A stretch of 64,000 bases of DNA from Piromyces finnis finn (taxonomy: Eukaryota; Fungi; Neocallimastigomycota): assembly GCA_002104945.1 (NCBI GenBank), contig MCFH01000030.1:1-64000 (forward strand). Reading direction: 5' to 3'. A model generated the notes under the pieces. It saw only the letters and a program-made list of their open reading frames with translations. It made no database searches and was not told the DNA's origin. The position numbers were made by a program, and so were the translations under genes. Positions 1 to 11,939 of this stretch are shown here, piece by piece. Each line of letters opens with the position of its first letter. The stretch's first letter is position 1.

Positions 1-1801
1 TTTATTAATATTCCTAATCGGAGGGGACGAAGAATTTTTATCATTAAGAAATACACAAACTTTATTATATAAATCATCATTTTTTAAGGAACATAGAATA
101 GAATTAATTAAAGAATCATCTTTATTAAAAGAATTAATTACATTACATGAAATAAAATTACAACTAAAATTACTACATTCAATATTTTCATTAATCCTAT
201 CATTATTATAAATATTACAGATATGATCACTACGTCTGGATAACAAATCAGGTTTACCAGACTTTTTTCCAGCTCTATAAATTAACTTAAAATCAAATCT
301 TGATAAAAATTCATACCATCTTATCTGTCGTTGTGAGAGCATCTCAGGCTTTCTTGGAAAGGTTAAATTCTTATGATCAGTATAAATAATGAACTGATGC
401 TTTGCACCTTCCAGATAATGCCTCCATTCTTCAAGAGCCACTTTGATAGCGAGCAACTCTTTATCATAAATTTGATAGTTCCTTTGAGACTTGGTTAAGC
501 TAGATGAAATAAAAGCAATAGGGTGCAATTGCCCTTCAAATTCTTGTGAAAGAATTGCACCGACAGCAAAGTTACTAGCGTCAGTCTCAACAATAAAAGG
601 TTTGTTGCTATCAGGGTTCATTAAGATAGGAGCTGAAGTAAAAGCCTTTTTAAGTGTAACAAATGCATTTTGACACTCAGAAACCCAATTAAAAGGAACA
701 TTTTTCCTAGTAAGTTTGTGTAGAGGACTAGCAATTTTCGCAAAGTCTTTAATAAAAATTCTATAATAATTACATAATCCAATAAAGGATTGAACTTCTT
801 TAACGTTTGTAGGAACAGGCCAGTCGAGGATAGCTTTAACTTTATCTCTATCCATTTTCAGACCATCTTTGGATAATACATAACCAAGGAAAGTGGTTTC
901 TGAAACATCAAACTCACACTTCTCTAACTTAACATATAAATTATTTTCTAATAATTTTTTCAATACTTTTTTAACATGTTCATGATGTTCTTCTAGGCTA
1001 TTTGAATATATTAGAATATCATCAATATATGATATAGCAAAATCATCTAAATAATCACTAAGGACATCATTTATGAAATGTTGAAACGTAGCTGGTGCAT
1101 TCTTTAAACCAAAAGGCATGACGAGATATTCAAAATGCCCATATCTTGTTCTAAAGGCAGTTTTGTATTCATCACCCTCTTTGATTCTAACTAAATTATA
1201 AGCAGACTTTAAGTCCAACTTAGTAAAGTATTTTGCACCTTTCACTCTATCCAATAAGTCACCAATTAACGGAAGAGGATATGAATTTCTAATTGTCATG
1301 TCATTAAGTTTCCTATAATCAACGCAAAGTCTTAATGACCCATCTTTCTTTTTGACAAATAAAACTGGTGCTCCGGCAGGAGATGAAGATTTCCTAATGA
1401 AACCTTTTTCTAAATTTTCATTGATATAATTTTTTAATTCATCTCTCTCTGCCTCAGTTAAAGGATAAAGAGGACCATAAAACAAGTTAGCATTATCCTT
1501 TAATCGGATTTCACAATCGTATTCACGATGTGGAGGTAAAATATTACAATTCCTTTCATTAAAAACCTCTTTAAATAATAAATATTGTTTTGGAATTTCA
1601 ATAGATTTTTTATCTTTATTCAAATTATCACTTTCACTTTTACATTTATTAATAATATTACAAAATAAATCATAACAGTTACTAACTGAATTTAATACAC
1701 GAGAATTATTATTATTACACACGTTTTTTGAAAATGAGTACTGTTTTGGTCCAGTGACCGAATTATTATCTTTATTTAAATTTTCATCAATACAATTAAT
1801 G
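1..1801 (-). CDS. pol: Element X pol, RT and RNase H part (Tf1/sushi-like Ty3/gypsy). Open to the window edge; continues the ORF broken at 20772.
   Basis: Manual translation gives GPLYPL..KGFIRKSSSPAGAPVLFVKKKDGSLRLCVDYRKLN..MPFGLKNAPATFQ..YIDDILIYS..ETDASNFAVGAILSQ..YTDHKNL. No stop before position 1, so it is absent from the ORF track. Confidence 0.95.
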
Positions 1802-2592
1802 TGTAAAGATATAATATATATCTTTAGATTATTTAATAATTAATTATTAATTATTAAATAATAAATTAATATTTAGTAAAACTGATTATAAAATTTTTGA
1901 GTAAATTTTATGGAATAATTTAATAATAAATTATTTTATAATAATTCCGTTAAATTTAAATTAAGATAAATATTTAAGTTTAAGGAATAAAAGAATTTTA
2001 ATTAAATTTAAATATTTCAAATATTTTAAATAATTAAAATATTTTTCAAATACTTTTTATTTAGTTTTAGAATAGATTATACTTTTTTATTTAAATTTAG
2101 AATAGTTTAATAATTTTAACTTAGTTTTAAAAATAGATTTATTTATATTTCAATAGGAAATATATTAAGAATAGTATTGATAATATTAAATTAATTTATA
2201 GAAAATACATGGGCTTTATTCAATTTTGAGTTTACTCAAATTGAATTAAAAGTATAATGAATTAGTTTAGTTTAGTTCTGTTATTTTATTATTTAATTAA
2301 ATTAGTTTTGTTTATTTTATATTAAATATATGTTTATTTAAATAGAATAATATATTAGAATATAATTATGAAAAAATATAAATACATGTAATTTTTATTT
2401 GTTAAATCGATGTAATTGTTATTTTCAATTTTTTAATTATTAACTATTATATAGTTAATAATATTTTTAAGAGTTTAAATAAAAATGTTTTTTTTTAAAA
2501 TAAAAATTTAATGTTTTATTTTTTTATTTTTGTGTTAATAAAAATTGTTTTGTTTTAAGTATAAAATCTGTTTTAAATTTTATACTTTTACA
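1802..2592 (+). repeat. 5' LTR of A
   Basis: TGTAAAGAT...CTTTTACA. Matches 7137-7928 and, inverted, 20773-21563 and 26328-27120; by eye the differences are homopolymer lengths. Confidence 0.97.
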
Positions 2593-2603
2593 ATAACAAT
2601 TAC
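2593..2603 (+). promoter_or_regulatory. Tf1-type self-priming site of A
   Basis: ATAACAATTAC directly after the LTR is the exact 11-nt reverse complement of GTAATTGTTAT at 2412-2422. TATAAATA lies about 35 bp upstream of 2412. No TGG tRNA-type PBS. Confidence 0.85.
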
Positions 2604-2754
2604 CTTTTCTTATTAAAAAACACGTTTTATATTTAATAATAAAACAATTTTTATTTTCTGAAGTTACAACATTGGGAATTGCTACCGTAGAAAATTTGGA
2701 ACTTTTCGGAAATTTTTTCTCTTCGGAAATTTTTTTTTTTTTTGTCTACTTGAG

Positions 2755-3050
2755 TAGCCTACCTTGTGGAACTATTTATGGTGTAACTTCTGTCAGTGTA
2801 ACATTAATTTTGTGTTACCCTACTTTGTGAAATTCTAAATAAATTTTGTGAAACACTACTTTGTGGAACTATAATTGTGGAATTTTTACCTACTTGTGGA
2901 ACACTACCTTGTGAAATCCTTCCTTCGTGGAATTCTTTTGAACGAATCTCGTGGAACTTTGCTTGTGGAACTTCTACTCTGTGAAACTTTCCTTTTTATA
3001 TTGGAATTGGAATAAGTGTAACTCTACTGTATGGAACAATGAAATCTTTA
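2755..3050 (+). repeat. Short leader repeats, CTAC(C/T)TTGTG(G/A)AA-like, about 10 degenerate copies
   Basis: Repeated ctaccttgtggaact, ctactttgtgaaatt, ctactttgtggaact etc.; mirrored in B at about 25870-26165. Confidence 0.75.
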
Positions 3051-3141
3051 TATATAAAATCTATCTGTAATACTAATAGAAATATATTTATGAAATACTC
3101 TTGTTTTTAAATTGATGAAACTCTTTTAAAATTAAATTTAA

Positions 3142-4455
3142 TTATAATATACTATAAAAAGAACTCGCTCGACACCGTTTGATAGGATAGAGTCTGAGCG
3201 ACATCTTTTATACATAGTATATTATAAATTAAATTGGATATATACAATTAAAAGAGTAAATTAAATCAAAAAATTAATTGCAAAGTAAGAAAATTAAAAC
3301 TTATTTAAAAAGAAAGAAAATTAAGAAAAAGTTAATAAAATTTTAAAATTATTTAAATATATTGAGAAATAAGTGAATTAGTATGTTGATTTCACTTATT
3401 TGAATGAATTATTAATTGTTATTTTGAAATGAACTTATTATATACTTAAAAGACCTCGCTCGACACCGTTTGATAGGATAGAGTCTGAGCGACATCTTTT
3501 AGACGTAGTATATAATAATTTTAGATTTATTTAAAATACATTGAGAAATATGAAAATTAAAATTTTGATATTTATTAATTAAAAGTAGTTGAGGAATAAG
3601 TTATCTTATTGAAATAAATTTATTATATACTATAAAAGACCTCGCTCGACACCTTTTGATAGGATAGAGTCTGAGCGACATCTTTAGATATTGTATATAA
3701 TAAATTAAATTGAATATATAATTAAAACAAATTAAAATTTGATTATATAATAAGTAAATTTGAAATGAATTTATTATATACTTAAAAGACCTCGCTCGAC
3801 ACCTTTTGATAGGATAGAGTCTGAGCGACATCTTTTAGATATAGTATATAATAAATTAAAATTAAGAAATGAATTAAAATTTTACAATAAAAGTAAAAGT
3901 AATAAATGTGTAAAGTTAGTTAAATAAATAAATTATTCTTTATTATAATAAGATTTCGATGACACCTTTTTAGAGGACAGAGTCAGATCGACATCTTTTT
4001 GGGAAATAGTATATAATAAATTAAATTGAAAATACTATAAATTAATTTAACTTGAAAATTTGAAATATATAATTTTATTTAATGAAGTTAGAAAATGATT
4101 TGATATTTAAAATTACTTTTAAAATAATTTAACTTCATACTAAATAAAGAACTCGACGACACCTTTTCTTTAAAGGATAGAGTCAGGTCGACTTCTTTAA
4201 TATGAAGATACAATATAAATTCGATTAACTAACTAAATAAATATAATATATTCAAGGATTATATATTATTAATTAAATTATATAAATACAATTAAGAAGT
4301 TTATTAAATAATATATTAAAATATTTTGAAGTAATACGAAAACGAACTTAAAAATTTAATTTCATTGTAATAACTTACTTTATACTTTATAAAGAATTCG
4401 CTGACACCAGTTGATATGATGGAGTCAGGTCGACTTCTTTTATATAAAGGTGTAT
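3142..4455 (+). repeat. Array of 7 conserved stem-loop units separated by AT-rich linkers (copy A)
   Basis: Core AAAAGA(C/A)CTCGCTCGACACC(G/T)TTTGATAGGATAGAGTCTGAGCGACATCTTTT at about 3158, 3448, 3634 and 3784, with variants at 3950, 4146 and 4391; spacing 150-290 bp. Confidence 0.95.
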
Positions 4456-4982
4456 TTTATATAACTGAATATTTGACTAAATAGAAAATTCTTAATAATT
4501 AGAATATAAATTTAAAGCATTTTTAATTTGATTTGAATTTATCAACAAAAGTCAATACAAATTTAGTTATTTAAAAAGTTATACATTTATTAAAAAAAAA
4601 ATTATTTTTATATTTAGTAAATTAAGATAATTTGATTGTAATAGTTTATTAAATAATTTATTAAACAAATGATTAAGAATAAATAATTAAAATAATTTGA
4701 ATTCAATATGAGGAGGTTTTACAAATTTAGTTGTTAAATAAATTATGTTTTTTATATTTAATAAATTAAAATAAATTAATTAAATAAAGAATTTTTTATA
4801 AAGAAGTTATTGTATATCTAGTTAATAAGTTTATATTTTTATTAAGAAGTAAGTTTTATATTTAAAAGATTCAAATAACTTGAATAAATTAATATAGTAG
4901 TTTTGATTGAATAATTATAAAGTTAAATAAATATATAATAAGAAATGAGTGTAATATTTTTTATTCTTAATAATATGATGGT

Positions 4983-5060
4983 AGTGAAATCAGAGCTAGA
5001 AAATTAATCTATTCTGGATCTGTTCTTAATTTCATTTATCTGGATTTTATAAAGAATAAA
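4983..5060 (+). pseudogene. Fossil aspartic protease motif in A
   Basis: Translates SEIRARKLIYSGSVLNFIYLDF versus DEVKAKVLIDSGSDLNFIHPEF in X; the catalytic Asp is replaced by Tyr. Confidence 0.75.
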
Positions 5061-5845
5061 ATGAAAATAAAAAGAAACAAGAAAGAAGAACAATTCAGTA
5101 ATGAAATAATAAATTTGAAAATTCCAATGTTTTAAAAAGAAACTTAATGAATTACTGAATTGTGGAGGATTATAACAAAATGTTAAGTACATTTGTCCTA
5201 TGGAAAATAATGTTATCTAAATAATTTTAATTATAATAAATGTAATTTAAAAAATAAATATGATTGTAATGTATTAGTATTGTAGAATTAGAAATAGCTA
5301 TAATAGAAATTAATGAGGAATAGTTTTAGTAATAGTAACAACTTGATAGTATAATAGTTAGTATTAATAATAATTAAAAAAAAAATAGAATTAATAAATA
5401 CAACAAATGAAAAAAAAATATAATAAAATGTAATAAATAGAATAAAGTAATAAATAGAATAAGTTAATAAATATGATAAATGTAATAAATAGAATAAATT
5501 AATAAATATAATAAGTTAATAAATATGATAAATGTAATAAATATAATGAATAAAACAAATATAAATTAATGTAATATGTATAATAATTATAAGAGTTTTT
5601 AATAAATGAATAGTTTTTATGTACTTAATAAAACGAACTTTATAAAGGAAAAAAAAAAAAAAGATTTTAATCTTTATACAATTCTTTTTAATGGAAGTAT
5701 AATGAGATTGATAACTATAATTACTATATATTGATTGTAGGAAATTAAATGATATAATTATTGAAATTCATATATTCCTTTAATCAATAAATAAGATAAA
5801 TGGAGTAAAATATGTTTTTAAACTAAATTTAAATATATCAATAGC

Positions 5846-6076
5846 TTAGTAAGAATTAAATAAAGTGATGAATTTAAAATTGCTTTAATCTTTATATGGC
5901 ATTTTTAATTTATTATCATACCTTTTATTCAAAAATGTATCAGCTCTATTTTAATATTTTAAGTGATGCTTTTGATGAAGTATTTTAATTACTTTATAAT
6001 TAATAATATTTAGTACAACATTATGTATATGTTTATATCAATTCTGTGATGTTTTATTGATGATATTTAAATTTAT
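5846..6076 (+). pseudogene. Fossil reverse transcriptase remnant in A
   Basis: LVRIK*SDEFKIAL...HF*...PF and FIDDI*IY versus LVRIKEGDEYKTAF...HFE...PF and YIDDILIY in X. Confidence 0.75.
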
Positions 6077-6543
6077 GAATTCATTGTTAAATTTTTAAAA
6101 AAGAAATAATTTTATAATACCATATATTGATAAATTATAAAATAAAAGAGAATTATAAATATGCTAAAAGTATTTTAAAAACGTCTAAAAATGATAAATT
6201 TGTTAATTAAATTATAGTATTTACTTGATGACTTGATACCACTTTTGTTTATTTAATAATAAGATTAAAAAAAAATAGTGGTATAGTTAATATAATTATT
6301 GAATGATGTTTTTCCATTATTATTAATGAATGTTAATTTTTTTACAAATATTTTATTACTAAGAATTTTGTTATATTTATTTGCTTAATAATAACCTTTA
6401 AAAAAAATAAGTTCCACTTGGTTTAAAGCTTGTACAATAATAAAAAACATTTAATACTCTTTAAATGCTATTTTCTTTATAATTTTAGAATTGTCTGTTT
6501 GATATATTTAATATAAATTTTATCACAGACTTTTCATTTAAAT

Positions 6544-6582
6544 GAGAGGGTGAACGAGATATTGTTCCAATATCTCCGTTGG
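6544..6582 (+). pseudogene. Fossil integrase remnant in A
   Basis: ERVNEILFQYLRW resembles the gypsy integrase ERVNQxLEQYLR motif. Confidence 0.65.
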
Positions 6583-7136
6583 TTAATAAAATCGAATTGA
6601 TTGTTATATTGGAATCTACTTATAATATTTTATTGTAATCAATCAATCAATTTCAATTTTATACAAACTATGGATTTAATTTAAAATTTAATATTGAAAT
6701 TTCTTCAGCTAATAAATCAAAGAAAGTTGAACAGATTATTATAAGTATTAATAAAAAGTATTAAAATTGTAAAATAGAATTTTAATCATGCATAAGAAGA
6801 TTATAAAAGTCATGATGATCAAGAAGAATTGAATAAATAAAAATTTGAAACTTAAGTAAATGTTTTGTTTTGAATACTTAAATAAAAATGTTAATAGAAA
6901 ACAATTTATAAATAACCATAATCTGAATATAAAAACAAATGGATTCTTGATGATTAAGTTTTAGATAAATTATTAGAATTATGTATAAGTAACAAGAATG
7001 ATAATAAGAGTATAAATAAATTAAATACTTATATATTTTTTTAACAATGTTATGATTTAGAAAAAGTAGTAACCATTTGTTATTTAAATTTCTTCAAGAA
7101 AATAATCTCGCAGGAGCTCGACTTAAAGGGCGAGAT

Positions 7137-7928
7137 TGTAAAGATATAATATATATCTTTAGATTATTTAATAATTAATTATTAATTATTAAATAATAAA
7201 TTAATATTTAGTAAAACTGATTATAAAATTTTTGAGTAAATTTTATGGAATAATTTAATAATAAATTATTTTATAATAATTCCGTTAAATTTAAATTAAG
7301 ATAAATATTTAAGTTTAAGGAATAAAAGAATTTTAATTAAATTTAAATATTTCAAATATTTTAAATAATTAAAATATTTTTCAAATACTTTTTATTTAGT
7401 TTTAGAATAGATTATACTTTTTTATTTAAATTTAGAATAGTTTAATAATTTTAACTTAGTTTTAAAAATAGATTTATTTATATTTCAATAGGAAATATAT
7501 TAAGAATAGTATTGATAATATTAAATTAATTTATAGAAAATACATGGGCTTTATTCAATTTTGAGTTTACTCAAATTGAATTAAAAGTATAATGAATTAG
7601 TTTAGTTTAGTTCTGTTATTTTATTATTTAATTAAATTAGTTTTGTTTATTTTATATTAAATATATGTTTATTTAAATAGAATAATATATTAGAATATAA
7701 TTATGAAAAAATATAAATACATGTAATTTTTATTTGTTAAATCGATGTAATTGTTATTTTCAATTTTTTAATTATTAACTATTATATAGTTAATAATATT
7801 TTTAAGAGTTTAAATAAAAATGTTTTTTTTTTAAAATAAAAATTTAATGTTTTATTTTTTTATTTTTGTGTTAATAAAAATTGTTTTGTTTTAAGTATAA
7901 AATCTGTTTTAAATTTTATACTTTTACA
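7137..7928 (+). repeat. 3' LTR of A
   Basis: Direct repeat of 1802-2592, preceded by the purine tract AAAGGGCGAGA. Confidence 0.97.
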
Positions 7929-9090
7929 TTTTACTAAAAATTATCAAGTTGTTGATAATACTCTTTATTATAAAAAAGATGAATTATATCTTAAAGTTAT
8001 TTACAAAGATGAAGATAAAAAAGATATTATTAGTCGTGCTCATTCTGTTGGTCATGAAGGTGCTGAAAAGACCACAAATAGAATTTTAAAATCTTATTAT
8101 TGGCCTGGTATTTGGAATGATGTTAGAATGTGGGTAAAGTCCTGTAGAAAATGTCAACTTTGTAGACCTAAGCCTTTACCTAAAAATACTGAAGATAATA
8201 TAACCCCAATTGAACAACCATTTACTAGAGTCGGATTAGATATAGTTGGCCCATTACCACTTACTAAACATGGAAATTCTTATATTATTACCCTTGTTGA
8301 TTATTTCACTAAATGGGTTGAAGCTAAAGCAATTCCAAATATGAAATCAGAAGAAGTAATAAAATTTTTAATAGAAGTAATAACAAGACATGGTCCACCA
8401 GAAATAATTGTTACTGATAATGGAAGTTCATTTATTTCTGATATTACTAAAATGATGATTGATTTATATGGATCATGGGTTCATTTTGTTTCTCCTCATC
8501 ATCCACAATCTAATGGTATGATTGAGAATAGAAACAAAGAAATAGGAAAAACTTTAAGACTCTTAATTGAAAATGAATCTGAATGGGATGAATATCTACC
8601 ATCTGCATTATGGTCACTTAGAACTACCAAAAATTCAAAAACAAAGTTTAGTAGTTTCGAATTATTATATGGTAGAAGAGACACATGGCCATTAGAAATA
8701 ATGTTTCCTGATATTTATAAAGATCCTAATGAAACAGAAGAGGAATATATTTTTAGAAGATTTTTAAGGCATCAAAATTGGGTAAAACAAGCTACTGAAT
8801 ATTCTAATCATGCTAATCAATATTGGGAACATAGAATAGGTTTATCCAAAGCTTTAAAGAAGACTTATAAACCGGGTGATCATGTTATGATAAGATTAAT
8901 AGGAAGAAGTAAATTAAATCCTTATTTTTATGGTCCTTATAAAGTTGTTAATAAACAAAAATTTAATACTGTTGTACTTGAAGATCCACATACAGGAAAA
9001 CTACTTGATAGAAATGTACATATTAAAAATATTTTTCCTTACGTTCTACCAGAACAAAATTTAACTTCAAGGGACGAAGTTAATTCTTAA
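7929..9090 (+). CDS. pol: Element Y pol, 3' part (integrase: HHCC zinc finger, DDE core, GPY/F). Continues the ORF broken at 27121.
   Basis: AHSVGHEG..YYWPG..CRKCQLC..RVGLDIVGP..VTDNG..PQSNGMIENRN..YFYGPY. Frame rejoins ..GIKKYFT|KNYQVVD.. across the TTTTAC duplication. Confidence 0.95.
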
Positions 9091-9103
9091 AAGGCCGAGA
9101 AAC

Positions 9104-9894
9104 TGATAAATAATGAAATTAATAAATATAAAATTATTATTAAACCTGATTTTTAAGTTAACCCTAAAAGTAACTTAAAACAAGTTATAGTTTAATTAAG
9201 TACTTTACCAAAATTCTTAAATAAAATTAATCCTAAACACTGCATATATTTTGATTATTGAAAGAAAATAATAAACTTTAATTAATCGAGATCAAAATAT
9301 ATAACTTTTGTTAAATTAATTGTTAAATTAAATGTTTAATAACTTCGTTAGTAAATTACACTTTAAAAGTAAACAAATATAATAATTCATGTTATAAAAT
9401 AATATAATTAAACACCTTTATTAAAACATTAAAAATAATTATTACTTTAATTAATTGTAAAATAAACAACTTTTTATATTCTTTAACTTTTAATTATTTC
9501 TTTTATTGTTATTTCTAATTACTTTTATTACTTTTATTGTAAATAGTTATTAATTTTATTGTTTTAATGTAAATAGTTTAAATCTAAAAGAAAATATAAA
9601 TACATGTAAATATTCTTATTTTAATCATTATTATTATTATTAATAAAGAAATATTATAATTTTAATAATCACTTTTATAATTAATTAAATAAAATTTTAA
9701 ATATTTAAATATTAGAAAAACGAGTGTTTCTAATAAAACAATTTAGTGTTTTTAATAAAACAATTTTATTAATCTTTATAAAAACAATTTTAAATTCTAA
9801 TCCATATAACTTATATAGTTATAACTCAAGATATAATATAATAATCACTTTTTGAAGTAAAATTCAAAATTAAGATTATTATCAAATTATATCA
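9104..9894 (+). repeat. 3' LTR of Y
   Basis: TGATAAAT...TATATCA, 791 bp, reverse complement of 32804-33594, preceded by a purine tract. Confidence 0.93.
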
Positions 9895-9899
9895 TTTTT

Positions 9900-10520
9900 T
9901 GATAACGGATTGGTAGTTATATTACAACTTTTTAACTACTTCTTCTGTTATCTTATATTGTTTTATCTCGACAGCTATTGTACGAGCTTTAACAATATCT
10001 ACTAGTTTTATTAATTTATTTTAAGTTATTTTATAATTTTAATAGTTTTATTATTTTAATAATATTTATATAGAATAATAACACCAGATTTATTCTATAA
10101 AATATTATTTATTATTAACACAATAATTACAAATTAGACAAGTTTAATTTCGTTTTTATATTTTCTTTTATTTATTGTTCTTACGCTCTTTTTAACAATA
10201 ATTTTTATTATATAAAAACTTATTTTTGTCTTTTAAATATTATTATGTATTCACTAATTAATTATATTAACTATTATTAAAATTTAACTTATTATTAGTA
10301 ATCTAAGTCTTCTCATTTTCTACTAAAAAATATTATTATTCTTTATAATAAAAATTATTTTTATAATTTAACCCAATCAAATATATAAATTTATAAAATA
10401 TTTGATTTTATGTAAATTATATTTTTATAATAAACTATATAAAATTATTTAATAATTATTTTATAATAAAATTTTCTACTAATATCAAATGTATAATATA
10501 TTTATAATTATTATTTATCA
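9900..10520. mobile_element. Putative solo LTR S1
   Basis: TGATA...TATCA-bounded block, separated from neighbouring LTR ends by TTTTT and TT. Single copy in the window. Confidence 0.6.
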
Positions 10521-10522
10521 TT

Positions 10523-11045
10523 TGATACGAAGAAAAATATTATCTTAATTCTATAAATGAATATAGAAAGTGATAATATTTGTATCTAAAATTTAATAAA
10601 TAAAAATAAATAAGAAAATAAAAATAGAATGAATGATTTTTATACTTGTTCATTTGCAAGTCTTTGTTAGTTTAAAATATAAAATTATTTTATTTAATTA
10701 TAAAGTTTTAATATTTAATAACTCTTGTATTATTAAATATATATATGTTATGGTTTAATACATCTTGAATGTATGTAAATATAATCACAACTATTATTTT
10801 AATAAAATTTAATATTATTATCTAATTTTACTGGATTATTAGGAACAATTTTAAAATAAAATGATTCTATCACTATTTATACAAAATTATTATTTTAAAG
10901 TATAATTATAAACAAATATAAACTATTTAATTTAAAACTAAATAAACAATTAAATAAACAAAAAGTTTACATTTATAATTTTTAATTTAATAATTTTATA
11001 CATGTTAATTATTTTAATTTTCAACTATCTGTGTTTTAATATTAA

Positions 11046-11112
<67 letters not shown>

Positions 11113-11144
11113 AATTCATAATTTATAAATTTAATTATTTATCA
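10523..11144 (-). mobile_element. Solo LTR family Z, copy 1
   Basis: Reverse complement of 13504-14254 and similar to 33599-34161; TGATA..TATCA ends; internal (ATT)n. Confidence 0.85.
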
Positions 11145-11149
11145 ATTTT

Positions 11150-11935
11150 TGATACAAGATGCATAGAAAAATATAATATTTTAAATATTTTATGAATAAT
11201 ATCTAATCCTTTTATAAATTGTATATCAATTACTAGTGTTAATAATAATTAAACTATATTAGTATAAATTATTATGACGCAAATGTTACACATATATTAG
11301 AATAATTAATTACACAAGAAACGAAAAGATATAAAAATAGTGATAAAGAACAAGATATAAAAGAAAAGAGGAGAAAAACTTTTCATATATAAATAATATT
11401 TGATATTTTAGTTTTAAGTATAAGTTCTATTTTATTTTATTTTAGTTACAGTTTATTTTAGTTTAGTTTTAGGTCACTAATTACGTATTTAGTATTTATT
11501 TATTATATTTAATTCAGTTTAAAATATTAATTATAAAAGAAAAGAATAATTATTGTTTATTTTTATTATTTCAAAAAGTTATATTTTATTATTAATAAGA
11601 ATTTTATCAACATATTTTTATATTTACATTTTATATTTAAGTATTTATATTCATTAAACAATAACTTTCGATTCTACTAGTATTGAATGTTATTAATGTT
11701 ATAATTATAATCATAATAATAATAATAATTAAATAAAGAAACTTTAAACCAAAATCTATTTAATTATATTATTATAAAATTTATTATTTTTATTATTTGT
11801 TTTTATTATTTATTTTTATTATTATAAAATAGAAATAAATACAATATTATCTAATATATTATTCAACTCTCATTCCCTATTGCTAACGTTCACAATTATA
11901 TTTTATTTATGGTGTTTTTGAAATATATTGAATCA
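11150..11935. mobile_element. Putative solo LTR S2
   Basis: TGATAC...AATCA-bounded block between Z and T with 4-5 bp spacers. Single copy. Confidence 0.55.
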
Positions 11936-11939
11936 TTTT

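Larger units (their letters stand above)
1802..7928 (+). mobile_element. Non-autonomous LTR retroelement, copy A (self-priming family related to X, carries the hairpin array)
   Basis: TG..CA LTRs at 1802-2592 and 7137-7928; self-priming site at 2593; purine tract before 7137; no long ORF; near-identical inverted copy at 20773-27120. Confidence 0.95.

Noticed and set aside
3158-3210. Hammerhead ribozyme / retrozyme
   Set aside because: The unit has CTGAGCGA rather than the CUGANGA core, and I see no correctly placed GAAA or three-way junction. Other ribozyme classes were not excluded without a covariance search.
3601-3831. 76-aa ORF with an internal repeat (also 24872-25102) and 62-aa ORFs at 5004 and 23508
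   Set aside because: These are chance antisense readings of the hairpin repeat and of the fossil protease region.
3142-4455. True CRISPR array
   Set aside because: Linkers are 90-230 bp, AT-rich and visibly paralogous rather than unique foreign spacers. There are no cas genes, and the context is a eukaryotic LTR element.
6780-7000. Fossil chromodomain at the end of the A internal region
   Set aside because: Only a weak KNKWILDD-like hint, too degenerate to support.
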